A stretch of DNA of 64,000 nt from the human T2T-CHM13v2.0 reference genome, Homo sapiens. A model generated the notes under the pieces. It had not been told where the DNA came from. It did not search any database and saw only the letters and a list, made by a program, of their open reading frames with translations. This document shows positions 1-13,285 of the stretch, in pieces (positions within the stretch are counted from its first letter, which is position 1; the number at the start of each line of letters is the position of its first letter). The position numbers and the translations under genes are program-made. Location of the stretch: the NCBI RefSeq assembly GCF_009914755.1, contig NC_060927.1. The stretch is one strand, 5' to 3'.

Positions 1-769
1 TGAGAGCAGGAGAGAAGGTGATGCAAAAAGTAACAGGAGGAAAAGAATCCAAGCAAAAGTGAAATTGCCTACACTAAGAGAATAAATAAAAAACCATAGG
101 AATTACTTATTTGTGTAGTCTCAAAGGCCTCATAGAAAGTAACTCTTTGATTTACCTCCCTTTTTTCATGGAGTGCTGCCAGGCAAAATTAAAAATGGGC
201 CCATGAAACTAGCGAGACTGAGACAGACATAAAGAATGCTTCAGAGGCTCCAGTTTTTAAGTGCTTTTCACTTAATTGTCTGTGGTTGCCAGCTATGGAG
301 AGATGGAGAAAAAACATGCAGGGCTGGCTTGAAATACTTGCAGAATATATTGAGACTGAGCACTGTGCAGGGTGCATGCTAATGGCTAGCCTCTGCATTG
401 TAGCTCTACTCTGACACTGTTATTCTCCTTCCAACTGTGCTTATGCCAAGACTCAGATATTGTAGATTGTTACAGCAGGGAACATTTTGCAGAGGTCTAT
501 TAGTGTAATTTCCTCCAGCAATATCGATGATTCCAAACTTTTTGATGTTGCCTTGGTTGGACATACTTCTGAAAATGAGAATGGGGAATAAAATTTCTCC
601 TCTCTGCTTCAGTGCTGCTCTTTCATATGGTGTAGTTCTCTGCCTCTTTGGTGATATAACACACTGATTAATATGCAATAAATGTTCATTGCATATCTAC
701 TATGACAATTATCTTACCACAATAATGATATAAAATGATCACAAATCATAGTGCTGTGCAAGAATAAGT

Positions 770-1215
770 GATTATTGTGTCTGGGATCAGCTGGAACACA
801 ATTAAGTGACTCTGTTGATCTTGGCTGGGCTCACTCATGAGTCTTTAGTTGGTTTGGCTGGCTGTTGACTGATCTAGAATGGCTTTGGTTGGGACATCTG
901 GGATAAATTGGCTCTCCTCTGTGTGTCTTTTATTCTCCACTGGGATAGCCTCACAGTGTTTTTTTCATTGTGATGGCAGAGGCTCAATAAAGCGGATAGA
1001 GACACATAAAGCCTCTAGATGCAGGCCCAGAATTGGGACACTGGAACTTCTGCCACATTCTCTTGGCCAAAGCAAGATACAGATTAGTTCAAATTCAAAG
1101 GATAGGAAAGTAGACCCTCTCAGTTTAGTGAGAGAAACTGCAGTGTCATATGGAACAAAACAAAGACACAGGAGATGACTAAAAACCAAGTCATCATGGT
1201 AATGTACTACACATA
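770..1215 (-). mobile_element. MaLR solo LTR, MLT1J/K-like
   Basis: Typical MLT1 motifs on the reverse strand (ctggctgggctcactcatg, cttctgccacattctcttggccaaagcaag, agaaactgcagtgtcatatgg); boundaries approximate. Confidence 0.7.
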
Positions 1216-1477
1216 CTATATGCCATGCCTGTAAGGTGTTTGTAGAAACCCAAACATTCTTTCACCTCAAGCCTATTTTCCTTTCTAGCAAGTGATACAC
1301 GTTGTCACCAGCCCATCCTTGTTGCTAGGAAGAAAGAAAAATCCTATTTCACTCTATGTCATTCTCATGTTTTCTGGCTCTTTGTGGAAAGCAGTAGTGA
1401 TGTAAATGAATATAGCAGGAGCTCTTTTATTAAACCTTGCAACCTGGGCTTTAGGCCGAATGACACTGAACTCCACA

Positions 1478-1930
1478 GAGTGGGGATGCTGTTGATGCCC
1501 AGGTCAGATCCTCTTTTCTGAGCTAGTGAACCTATTCCCCAGCTTCCCTGAGTGTTGGCTGCTAATGGCTCATACTTGCCCCCTTTTTCAGAAAATTGCC
1601 TTCATTCATACAAAGGCTGCCTTGTTCCAGGGTTTATGCACATACTCCCTTACCCTAGCAGCCTTTAGCCAATGTTGAAATGAAATGGCTATATAAGAGG
1701 CTACCCTTTTGCCTCGAGGGGGAGCCAACTCAGTGGGGCAGTTCGCACCAGAGCACCCCATTGGATCAGCATGAAGCTAATCTTTAACTGAAACTACATC
1801 CTTGCTCAACTCCTTCTCCTGCCCAATCCTAGTTACTGCACTCCCCTTCTCCTGAGAACACTCCATCAATAAATCAGGTGCAACTGAACACCTGTTTCAG
1901 GCTCTGTTTCTAGAAACCCAAACTAAGATA
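1478..1930 (+). mobile_element. ERVL solo LTR, LTR16A-like
   Basis: gatgctgttgatgccc..cagatcc start, gagtgttggctgctaatggctca, TATA-like tatataag ~1690, AATAAA ~1868, end aacccaaactaagata. Confidence 0.75.
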
Positions 1931-2544
1931 ACCATCTAGCATAACATATGTCAAAGGGAAGAAGGCATTCTCCTCTTGTTTTTCAAAGACCTGCTTGTAG
2001 CTCTGGCTCTAGGGTAGCACTGGTGTAATAGAGGTGGTTTCTAGTTAAGGGGAAGCAGTGCCCAGCAGGCTATGGAGGTGATGTCTGGCCTAAAATGTTT
2101 AGAATTGTCAGTATCCCCTGTGAGTCACCCTGAAGACTTTCAGACAATTGGCTGTGACTTGGAGAAAAAAGAGAATGAAATCCTGTGTAAGTAAGAGAGA
2201 AAAGAAATCAGTAACATTGGGGTTGTTAATATTTATGTGAATCACCTATACTAACAACCCAATTCAGTAAGATCCAGTAGAGCTTGAATTACACTGGTAT
2301 CTTTAGTAAGCCCAGTAATTTTGTTTCACAATTGCCGGACTAAAGCATGTGTCTCCGTATGATGCCTAATGGTGAAGACACATTGGAGTACACAATACGT
2401 CAAAAGAGCTGCTGCCTATCTCCAAGTCTCCACAGGGGCCTCAGAAAAGCCCCTGTGCAATTAACAGTATTAGGTCTGCTATTAAGGAGTACTTAAGCTT
2501 TGATATTTCCCATCAACCTTCTACCTAGCATTCTGCCTCAGTTT

Positions 2545-3020
2545 TTATCCTCTAATTCGTTCTCCAAACTTTGGTAGATTGATCTTGTAAAAGTTAATTC
2601 TTATCTTGCTATTGCTCTGATTAAATACTTTCTACAAGTTAAAATTCAAACTACTTACCATGGCATAAAAGACATTTACAGACATGGTCTCCATTGTATT
2701 TCTAGTCTGCTCCTTCTTCAATTTTGCAGGGTCTAGACTGAGCGACTGGCTGTTTGCTGAGTAGTCCAGGAGTCTTGCCCTACTGGCCCTGCACACACGG
2801 TTTTCATTGACTTGGTGTGTCCTTCATATTCTGTGGCTAGTAAACTTCTAATCATCTTTCATGATTTACCTTTACCTTCTGCTTTTTGTGCAGTATCTGC
2901 TGGTCATATTAATGTCATTTTTACCTCAGGATAAATTATACACTCATTATATTCATTCTGGGCACCCAGGGCACACTGAACCTCCATCTATTATAGAAAT
3001 TCATTGATGGATGAATGAAT
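2545..3020 (+). mobile_element. L2 fragment (highly diverged)
   Basis: aaaattcaaactacttaccatggcataaaag L2 3' motif and terminal gatggatgaatgaat. Confidence 0.5.
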
Positions 3021-3260
3021 TAGAATGCATAATTCTTCTAAAATACAATCCTAAGCTCTGAAAGCACCATAAACAAACACAAAATACACAAAACGGTTCA
3101 AGAGTAGTAAGCCACATAGACTTTCCATTAACTTCAGGCCACAATGACATTTTTATTAATAAAAGATAGATGTTATTACTATTTCAGAGGATTCTTGCCC
3201 ACCTAGTATGCCTCCTTGATGTTACTTGCAATTTAATGTCTGAATTGCAGAACTTAGAAA

Positions 3261-4136
3261 AGGTTCATTCCTTCTATATTTACTTTTTGAGATTTTTTAT
3301 CATAAAAGGATGTTAAATTTAATCAAATGCTTTTTCTACATCTATTGAAATATTCATGTGATTTTTATCATTCATTTTGTTAATGTGATGTATTACATTA
3401 ATTGATTTGCATGTGTTAAACCAATAGTGCATGCTAGGAATAAATTTATATGGAATTTCAAAAGACTCTGAATAGCCAAAGCAATTTTAGCAAAAAAGAC
3501 AAAGTTGAAGGCATCACATGCTCTGATTTCAAATTCTACTACAGAGTTATAGTGATCAAAACAGTATGGACTTGAATAAAAACAGATACTTAGACCAATG
3601 AAACAGAAGAGAGGGCCTAGAAATAAACCTAAACATATATGGTTAATTAATTTTCAATCAGGGCACCAAAAAGATACAATGGAGAACAAAAGATCTAAAC
3701 AGGCATTTCTCCAAAGCGGGGGAAAAAAAGGCCAACAGGTAGACCAAAAGGTGCTTAACATCACTAATTATCAAGGAAATCCAAATCAAAACCACAGATC
3801 TATGATCTTGCACCTGTTAGGGGTGCTTACTAGGGCAAGGGAGTGGGAAAATTAAGAGATGCTGATTAAAGGTAAAAAGTTGTTATATAGTATGAATAAG
3901 CCTAGAGATATAATGTACAGCATGAGGACTATAGTTAATAATACCATATTGTCTACTCAAAATTTGCTGTGAGAGTAGATTTTAGGTACTCTTACCAAAG
4001 GAAAAAAGAAAAACAGAAAAAGAGAGCGACGTGAGATTATAGATATGTCAGTCTGCTTTACTGTAGTAATCCCTTCGCTATGTATATGTGTATCAAAACA
4101 TCATTTTGCATGCCTTACGTTTACACAATTAAATAA
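3261..4136 (+). mobile_element. L1MA-type (L1MA9/10-like) 3' element with inverted 5' segment (3261-3445 on -) and internal deletions
   Basis: 3261-3445 reverse strand resembles ORF2 ..WFN..HHIN..KNHM.ISID.EKAFD; from 3445 plus-strand ORF2 KFIWN region; 3' UTR gagagtagattttagg..tatcaaaacatca. Confidence 0.8.
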
Positions 4137-4419
4137 TGGATTGGAAACAAAAAACATATGCACAATGGTTTGAAGGCAATTGATTGTAACTAACAAAGCA
4201 GGTGAGGTCCCCACTCACTCCAGCTTTTTCACTGTGGGCAGTTTTCAATTTTTTATGTGTGGATAAAGAGCACAGAAAGAGGCAGTGGTGCAGGGCCAGT
4301 GAAGCCTATGTTGAATCTCAGAGCTTTCAAGATTGTGGGGACTTGAAAGGTGAAATCCCAAGAAAAACATTTTTATCTTTTCTTCTCAAAATAATTCCCT
4401 TGACTCTATTTACCTTAAA

Positions 4420-4896
4420 CATCATCCATGAAAGTGCACATCTTGGATGTTCTTTCAAAAAAGAAATTACTGAGGGTGCATGTAGTTCACAAATTTCAGC
4501 TGCAGCACCTTCAGGGTCTTCCTCAGTTGTCTGAACCAAGGCTCTGCTCTTTGCAGCCAGACCCCAGACAGAGACTTAGCATGGTGGGGGTAGTTAGGGG
4601 CCTGGCCATTTTTGTATAGTATGAAACTCCTGTGTAGGCAGTCATTTCACCACATCTCTCTGATGGGCTAGCTGGGACTTTCTAAGCTGTACTGCAGTCT
4701 GAGGCTCTTACTATGTAATCCTCCTTTCTTCCCCCTCTCTTTTCATAGGTCTCAGGCCTGCATCATGGCATGAAGATTCTCTCTGTCTAGTTCTGCTTCC
4801 TTTCCCATTTATATATCACAGAAGATACTCAAAATAAATCCATTTCACTTCTAACTCTATCTTCGTATCTATTTCTGGAGACCCAATTGACGTGAC
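4420..4896 (+). mobile_element. ERVL solo LTR, LTR16C-like
   Basis: cagctgcagcaccttcaggg, ctgcagtctgaggctct, AATAAA ~4833, end ttctggagacccaa..tgac. Confidence 0.7.
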
Positions 4897-4899
4897 CCA

Positions 4900-5947
4900 C
4901 CAATTATTGCCTCTATTCTTTGTTCCCTTTTATAGGAAAATGTCTTGAAATAGTTATTAAAGCCACCATCTGTAAGTCCCCTCCTCCCACTGGCTTTTAA
5001 TTCACTTCAGTCACACTTTAACAACCCCACTACCACTTGCCACATATACACAAATTCATATACTACTTGGAAACTGCTCTCTTTAACGTCATTACTGAGG
5101 ACTTCTCCATTGCTAAATCTAAGGATCAGTTCTCAGCCATCAGCTGATTTGCCAAAGTTAATCACTCCCTCCACCTTGATTTGATGTGCATTTTTCACTT
5201 GACTTCCAGAACTCCATTCTCTCTCTCTCTCTCCTTTGTTTCTTCCCTCTCTTCCCCTGTCTCTCTCTCTTTCTGTCTCTCTTATTCTCACTTCCACTCT
5301 CACCCTTTTTATTCTCATAGCTCAGTGGCAACTCCTTCTAGGTCTTCATTATGATTCTTTTTCTTAAGGTTAGAGTGCCCAAAGCTCAATCCTTGGACCT
5401 CTTTTCTTGCTTTATTGACATTTTCTAGGCGATTTGAGCCCAGTGAAATACTGATAACTCCCAACCAACCAACCAACCAACCAACCAACCAACCAACCAA
5501 CTCAGCTCTTTATTTGCTCAAACTTGACACTCATATGCCCACCTGCTCTCTACTTGGAGGTTTGAAAGACCCCTCAAACTCAATGTCCCATTTTCCTCCT
5601 ACTCCTCAGCTTTCCCCCTCTTAGATTATGACAATTACATCTTTCAACCTGCTCAGGCCCCATACCCTTCAAGCCACTTTTTCTCACAATCTGCATCCAA
5701 TCCAGTTAGCACTACCTTCAAAATATCCAGACTATATCTAGAATTGGTCCTTCTTTACTTCCTCTACCAATACTCTTCTTGTATGAGACAAATACTATAG
5801 GCTTCTGGTATAAGAATAATGCACCAAATGATTCAAGTACAGGGAGAAGTGGCATGCAAGCAAGGAAATTTGGCGCTTTTTTTCTCTTACATATTTAGTG
5901 TCTGGTATATAGTAGATGCTTAGTAAATATTTAGTTTAATGAATGAA
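4900..5947 (+). mobile_element. L2 (L2a-like) fragments including 3' end
   Basis: cattgctaaatctaagg..cagttctcag, cttcaaaatatccaga, 3' end tagtagatgcttagtaaatatt..gaatgaa. Confidence 0.65.
5461..5500. repeat. (CCAA)10 microsatellite
   Basis: Direct reading. Confidence 0.97.
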
Positions 5948-6760
5948 AAGTTGTTAATCTAAGGGCTCTAATCAAGATGGCTAAATAGCAGATGAATATG
6001 GCCAAAAGTGTCTGACCAAAGACTTTTCCACTAATGCATAGGTCATGGGCTTGTTCATTATATTTAGCCTCATCACCTCCTGCTAAACGTCCTCAGCAGG
6101 CAACATCTGTTGTCTTTCTAGCTTTTTCTAAAATGATTTCTAAATATATTATCAGTCTGGCATTAAACATACCCAAAGCTTCTAAATAAAGTAATATGTA
6201 TTTTTGCTGTGTCTATGGGTTATTCAAGAAATAATAACCTTTCCTCATTACTGCTAGATACATAAGATTTGCCAGGAGTAAAGATAATCATAAATGACAA
6301 TGCAGTAGGTGCTTTTGTTTCATGTTGAAAACTGCACAACTTTCAAAATTCAAGGGCCTTTAGCATAATTTTGAAATGATGATAATGATAATAATATCAC
6401 ATTTATTAAGGAACAAAGTGAGGATTAGATAAATCTACATGTGGAAGCCTTGGTCTGTTTCTTGGAACACAGCAGGACTTTCATACATGTTAATGTCATT
6501 TCCTTCCCATAAGAATAAAGAAAAATCTGTACTACTCCCTACCCCAACCCCCTTATCTCATGTTCTTCTTTTCAGGAAGGCTTTCTTGGGATGATAATTT
6601 ATTTCATCGCACATGGCCTTCCCTTTGGCAGAATGAGTGCTTTTTTATTTGTCACTAGTAATTAAATTTCTTCCACATTTTATCCTTGGAGTGTGCTACG
6701 AGCCACCTATGTTTTTCTCTGTTGTTTTCTTACTTTGAACTTGGTATTATAGTGGAACCC

Positions 6761-7320
6761 CATTCATTTGTTTGTTTATTCATTAATTTAGTCAGCAACA
6801 TACATATTTATTGTGAACCTATTCTGTGTCCAGCTCTGCACTAAAGTTTGGAGATGAAAATGCAAAGATACAGTTCATGTCTTCCAGGATTTTCTAGTCT
6901 AGAGGAGGAAAAAAGGCAGACATTGTAGATATATGAGACATTAAAAACATCATAGAAGAATAACAAAATGCAATAAAAGCCTCAGGGAATTCAAAAACAA
7001 AAACCGAAATTGCCTAATTCTGTCTGGGGCTGTCATGAATACTCAGAGAAAGCCTGATCTGAACCACAATTGGAAGAGTAAGTGATTTGCCACAGTGATC
7101 AAGAATGAGAGTGTTGGAGAGGGGAGAGGCAAATGAAGGCAAAGGTGTATTAGTATGAACAACCTGGTCAACTAGAAAATGTCCAAATAAATCAATGTGG
7201 CTAAAATTAGGGAATATGCAGTGTGGCCTGGACTGGTCATGAAAGCCCTGGAATGTCATCTACCATTTTTGCTTTTCTTCTTTGGGCATTAGGAGCCATG
7301 GACAGAAGAGTCTCTGAACT
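6761..7320 (-). mobile_element. L2 3' portion
   Basis: cattcatt..atatttattg..acctattctgtgtccag..ttctagtctagaggag, reverse of the L2 3' end. Confidence 0.6.
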
Positions 7321-7502
7321 ATTGCTTTGGCTAATTGTACCAGAAACTTTAATTATTGATTATATCTACGTCAAAATTTATATTTATCTTTCAAAAATAT
7401 TATAAATATATAAGAATCTCCTTGTACTATATAGTAAGGACAATGACAAAGGCTCATAAGTATAGGGAAAGGAAGAGTAGTAATAAGAATATAAGAAAGC
7501 AA

Positions 7503-7785
7503 GGACAAAAAACCAAACACCGCATGTTCTCACTCATAAGTGGAATTGAACAATGAGAACACAGGGACACAGGAAGGGGAACATCACACACCGGGGACTG
7601 TTGTGGGGTGGGGGGAGGGGGGAGGGTAGCATTAGGAGATATATCTAAGGCTAAATGATGAGGTAATGGGTGCAGCACACCAACATGGCACATGTATACA
7701 TATGTAACGAACCTGCACGTTGTGCACATGTACCCTAAAATTTAAAGCATAATAATAATAAAAAGAATTTACAAGGGAAAAAAAA
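7503..7785 (+). mobile_element. 5'-truncated young L1 (L1PA3-like) with 16 bp TSD
   Basis: ORF2 end and 3' UTR (ggacaaaaaaccaaacaccgcatgttctcactcata..gcacatgtaccctaaaa); TSD gaatataagaaagcaa at 7487-7502 and 7787-7802. Confidence 0.93.
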
Positions 7786-8779
7786 GGAATATAAGAAAGC
7801 AACTGTGAATCTGAGGCTTCATTTTGAGTTTTCCCCCAAAACAAAAAGGGGAAAACTAAAAGCCTGATAGGTTACCTTTTTCTAACAAGGAACAACTGTC
7901 TCTACTTCGGGTTGCATGCTTTCTCAAGTTTGAGTTTAGACAGACCACTCTTTTGTGAATCTTTGCATAAAGGGTCATTGAATAATGGTCAGAGGCATTG
8001 TCTTTGAATGTTTTACAGATATGCTGAGGTTTGTACTTAGAACTTCTCATTTTACATTCAGCCTTTCAGTGAAAGGCGAACGTGAAGCTGACATTTTATA
8101 ATGGCAAAACTTAGGGGGCCAGAGCTATAAGACATGTTCAGAAGACAGGGATATGTGTCTTTTTTTCTCTTGTATTGCTCATGGTACCTAGCACAAAGTT
8201 GGAGATGTGATAGCCTCTTTAATACAGGTATTCTTATATGGTTTACCATGGCAAAATCAACTTTCAATTTTGTTTGGTTTTCAGAGTACTTTTCATGATA
8301 AAAAGGTTCATTTGTTTTACTCTCAGAGCATGCTCTGAGCTGAGAATTATAAACTAAAGGAGAAAATAATGATGAGCAAATAATTGCCCAGGCTCCTATG
8401 GAGAGTTCTCAGTAGAGCTGGATTTGGTAACTTGATGAGTTGTCACTGGCAAATTTAGCATTCACATGTCAGACCTAGAATAATGCTAGATGCTTATCCC
8501 TCTCGTATGGGAGCAGCCAGGAAGTCAGAAGAGGACCACAGACAGAGCGTTTGTTGGTGACAAGGGCTTTCATATCTTCAGAACTTGGCAATAAGTATTT
8601 TTAAATAATGGGAAGAATGAATTATTTGATTTCTGTGAATTTAAATTGCAAAAATGAAATATGTGGGAGAAAACAGGTGCCTCCATCTTTAACTGGAATT
8701 GACAAAGCAGCATTCACAAAGTGGCAACAATTTCCTTTGACATTTATGATTGCCCTAATGCTGTTAATCAGTGTGAGAT

Positions 8780-8875
8780 TATTATTTTTCCTTTCACAAA
8801 TGGAGAAACTGAGGTTCTGAGGGGTGAAGTGAGCTTACCCCATTCCACAAAACTTGTAACTGCTGATTCCCAGTT
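8780..8875 (-). mobile_element. MIR fragment
   Basis: Core tttcacaaatggagaaactgaggttctgag..gtgagcttaccc. Confidence 0.6.
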
Positions 8876-11800
8876 CTTTGTTCATTTTATTAGGCCATGG
8901 ATGTTTCCTTAAATATATTTCTCTGGGAATAAAATTCTCTTACAGATCTTCTAGAAATGGGGATCTTGGCTTTCTGAAATGAAATTATGTATGGGCCAGA
9001 AGCCAGGAGATGGAACGTGTGCTTTCTTACGTGTTTTCCTTCCAGCTTCCTTAGTCACGATTCTTCATTATAACTTTGGTATCTCTGATATTGAGTTAAC
9101 TTTGACGATGGTATGGATGATGGTGGATGGGTGGTACATACAACTTTGAAGCACATGATGACTCTCTGGCCACCTACTTTATTCTCGTATTTCCCAAGAG
9201 GAGGTAAATACTTCATTTTAGAGAAACTGGACTCTAACCTAAAGTGGCCGAGAAGTCTAACCTGCATTGTAATCTTCATCAAATGAAAACACTTTGTTCT
9301 TAAAAGTACACTTGTTCCTTCTTCTTGCCCTTGACAATTTTCTGTTTGAAGCAGCAAGGAACAGAGGAAAGATAACATAGTTTATTCTATGGATTTCTAC
9401 CAGTTCAATTTTTAAAGTGTTAGCCTCTTAAAATAAATGTTTTCATAAAAGATCATGAAGAAACTCGGATTTTTGTCACTCCATCAATATGTAGGAGGAG
9501 GGTATGTCTGGGTAAGAGCCAAACAATTAAGGTGTTACTGACCAGAAGTCTCTTGGTTTGCTGTCATAAAATGTCACAACTATCAGCAACCACAAAATCT
9601 TCAATAAATGGCACTGCAGACAGAAATTTTTCTTAACAGTCTGGGTTTGTGAATTCTCTTTTTTCCTTTCTGGTTTCCCTCTGTAGATGTCTCTTTCTTC
9701 CTTTGTGCTTGGTCTCTCTGTTTCTCTTACTAACAACACACATATTTCTCCATCTCTGTATCATCATCTTCTATTAGTTTTTCACAAGTGTATTTCTGTG
9801 ACTAAAAGGATCAACAGATGCTGACTTCAATATTGTGAAGCATCCAGAAAAAGAACAATTAATTTATAACAAACCTGCTTTGCTCTAACACTGACAGCTT
9901 TTGAAAATGTATACTGTATGTGAGATCCACATCTCATTTTGTTTTCATTTAGATGGTCAACAGCATTTAACTCGAAGTTAGGTTTAAATTCCCCCCATGA
10001 GACTTGTCAGTTTTTGTCAGAAATAAAACCAATGAATATTTCCATTTTAAATATTTAAAAGACCTTTTAAATAATGTGTTGATATTTTTGCTTGCATTTT
10101 TGTTATTATCTTAACACTCTCTATTGCTATCTGCTTCAATATAGGAAAAATGCAGTTACAAATGTTTCCTGGTTATAGTTATTAAGAATTATCCCTAATC
10201 TTAGGCTAGATATATACAGAAGATAATCGTGTTCTAGAGTGTTCCTGCTGAATAAAGTTGCCACTTAATAAGAAACAGATATCATGACTAGGTTGCCCTT
10301 GGAACTAACTGTCCAAGCGTGAACAAATATATATACTACATCACACATACACTCACAGTGCACAACACACTTATACACTTCTCACATACTCGCCTTTCTT
10401 TTACAACTTTCTGGCTCAGCATGCCCATGTCATGAGCTAATTCTGACCTAACAGAGAGGCTGTGCAGTCTTTCAGCTAGTGGAGGCTGAGAAAATTGTGC
10501 AGCAATAGGTCCAGTCCCTGGAAGATGAAGTTAGTTAGCATTTGGTGCCCAGCCAGCAGCAATGTGACTTAGGCTTTTCGTCCTAGTAGGTATGGAGTTC
10601 TGCTCTGAGCAACAATTCATTTATTTTGTGCCAATATTCTGACTAGCTCATTCTAGAATCTTCTATTTTGGTCAGAATCTGTCCTATATTCTTGGCTGTG
10701 GTTCAATTCTTTCAATCAAAGATCTGCCTAATCCTGTTTTCCCATAGCTAATGTTGACAGGGTTCACCACGCCATCTTCATCTCCGCCCCCACTTCTCAT
10801 CTTCAGCCCAAACCAATCTTCATCTCTATCTTCATCTTTACTTCCATCCACACAGCAATCTTCAACTCCATCTACCAATACCAGTCTTAAGCTCCTGTGC
10901 CCCACCATCCTCAGTCATAGCAGTGCTCGATGTGATAACCTAATCAAAAATTTCAAACCAAACTGCCCAGCATTCATGGTTGTAAAGGACATGTAGAATC
11001 AGTCAACTGATAGATACAAAGTAACACTGAAACTGATTGAGCAATAATCAGAAAGTTGGCGCTGCAATAGCTTCCTCAGTTGTACCTCTCTGTCCACCGC
11101 CCAGCTCTTTCCTGTTGCTTCCAGTTCCTCTCACTTGTACTTCTTTATTAACTATTTGTTAACATAACTTTCTATGGTTTTCTTTCACCTAAGACCCAAA
11201 CCTCTTCTCCTGGCTTGCATTTCCACGACTCCCTGCCCAAGCCTGAGGTTGCACAAGAAACATATCTCTAATTAATGTCCCCTGTTCCAGGAATTTGACT
11301 CATTGGGCCTGCAAAAGATTTTCGTGACAAATGAAATATTTTTCTAAACCAAGGACTTGGGGATAACTTCAGGGTCAAGGACATCTTATCATATTTAAGG
11401 TGTGACTCTTATCTCTCTCTGTTGTGTTGTAATGTGTCTGTTAGCATTTACTATTAATAAGAAAGTTTCTAAAAGCTATGTAGAAAATTTTAAAAAAGAA
11501 TGATAAATTTTGCTGTAATAGAATCTGCTCAAGATAGAGCATTGAGATTAGCTGGCACACAAAGAGATAAAAATTTGTGCTAAGAAAGTCATTTAGTAGA
11601 TAATAAATCTAACCCAAATGAGGCCTCTGGGTCCCACCCCAATGGATACAATACCCTAATTTCAGAAATGCAAATATTATGGGATTAAAACAAAATGGAA
11701 TAGTGAAAGAAGATTAAGCATAACCTGATGCACTGTTAATCTCAACCTTCCTCTGAGAGTCATGTTTCAGAGAACGTAGCAAAGAACTCCCTAATGAAAG

Positions 11801-13258
11801 TATTTATGTCTGGGAGGCTATTCAATAGACGCAAACAAGTCTTGCTTAATATGTAGATGTTATGGAAGGGAGACTTGTATCTCCATTCTCTATGGCTTTC
11901 TGGAGGAATCATTGACCTATGTCATAGCCAGAATATATCAATATTGTTGGTAATCACAGCTCCCATCACACTACTGACACTGCAGCACCTGTTAATCGAA
12001 CTTAGAAACACAAGACAAATTATACAATTTGTGAGGTGCCCAGAAAACAGCTACTGTGGAAAGTTAACATTTATAACAGCCTCATTACAAGTTTAGCTTA
12101 TTCTAAGCTACACTGGATCTTGACTTTCTTACTGATTTATTATATTCTCTATTCTGAAGATTATTTAAATGTATTAGAAAACAGTGGGCTTTTTCAATAA
12201 CAAAAAGCATTAAATAAAAAAGTGAAAAGAATGACACTTTATAGAATTCAATGATTTTTACAATGCTTCACATCAATAGGGAATCATCAATACTAGTCAA
12301 ATCCGCACTGAAATTTCCAACAACTGAAAATACAAATTCCAGCTGTCCAATTTCAAGTCAACACAGCTTGTCTAAATTCAACCCTTTGACATTAAAAACA
12401 ACTTGAAATTTATTGAACTCCTTTAAGCTGCAGTTTAGACTTGTCAGATACCCATAGAGCACAACTGAGCTGAGAAAATCCAACTTCTGTCATATATAAG
12501 GATTACAATCAACCAAATTTTCCTTTTATGTCTTCCAATCAGGTTCCTATTCAATGCACTGTTTGGTTCCTGATGTTACTGAGATTCGCAGGGCACCATT
12601 TTTATGCACAGTGGGATCAATTTTTTTTTCTAGCCCAACCTAGAATAGACTTTTATTTCTAGAACTTAAGGCCTTTTGGGAGTCAGAAAATAAGATTGTT
12701 TTAATTACTATTTGCCTCTTTGAGTACAAAAATATTCTGGACAGGTTAAAATCTTTCAGGCAATATATTATCAAAAGAATTGCTGACTTTCCTATTATAA
12801 AGCATCAAAAAAAAAGGAATAGGCAATATGTTATCAAAAGAAATTTGAATTCTCATTTATGGATCTAAAATTCAAGGCTTGCTACATGCCATTGTGTCAT
12901 AATTTCTAATTATTTTGATATTGTAGGTTCACGGATTTTTCTTTACCTCTGAGTCATTCTGTAGAGCAGGAGTCTTTGGAAACAAAAATTTTATATTTTG
13001 TTCAGCTTAATAAACATATTCTTAATATGTATTTTGGACTAGATCTGGAGTGAGGCTCTGACAAGACAGAAATGGAGCAATCCTTGCCGTCATGAAGTGC
13101 ACAGTTTGGCAAAAGAGCTAAAATAAAAAAGTCTATGAACATGAAGCTCCTAGGATAGAGGGAAGAAAAGATGCTAGACAGTGGATCTGCTGCCTCCCAG
13201 CATGATAATGGTGGCTGCACCAACTTCTTTGTTTTTTAGGGCATGAAAACACCAGTCT

Positions 13259-13285
13259 TGTGTGTGTGTGTGTGTGTGTGTGTGT
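13259..13285. repeat. (TG)n microsatellite followed by GGT/G-rich run
   Basis: Direct reading. Confidence 0.95.

Noticed and set aside
406-678. 90 aa minus-strand ORF containing FGIIDIAG and an internal acceptor-like site near 570
   Set aside because: The resemblance to the myosin DIAGFE motif is only a few residues; no other family features and no partner exons
10751-10996. Ser/Thr/Pro-rich ORF suggesting a mucin-like exon
   Set aside because: Explained by a degenerate CATCTT-like low-complexity repeat; no convincing splice donor
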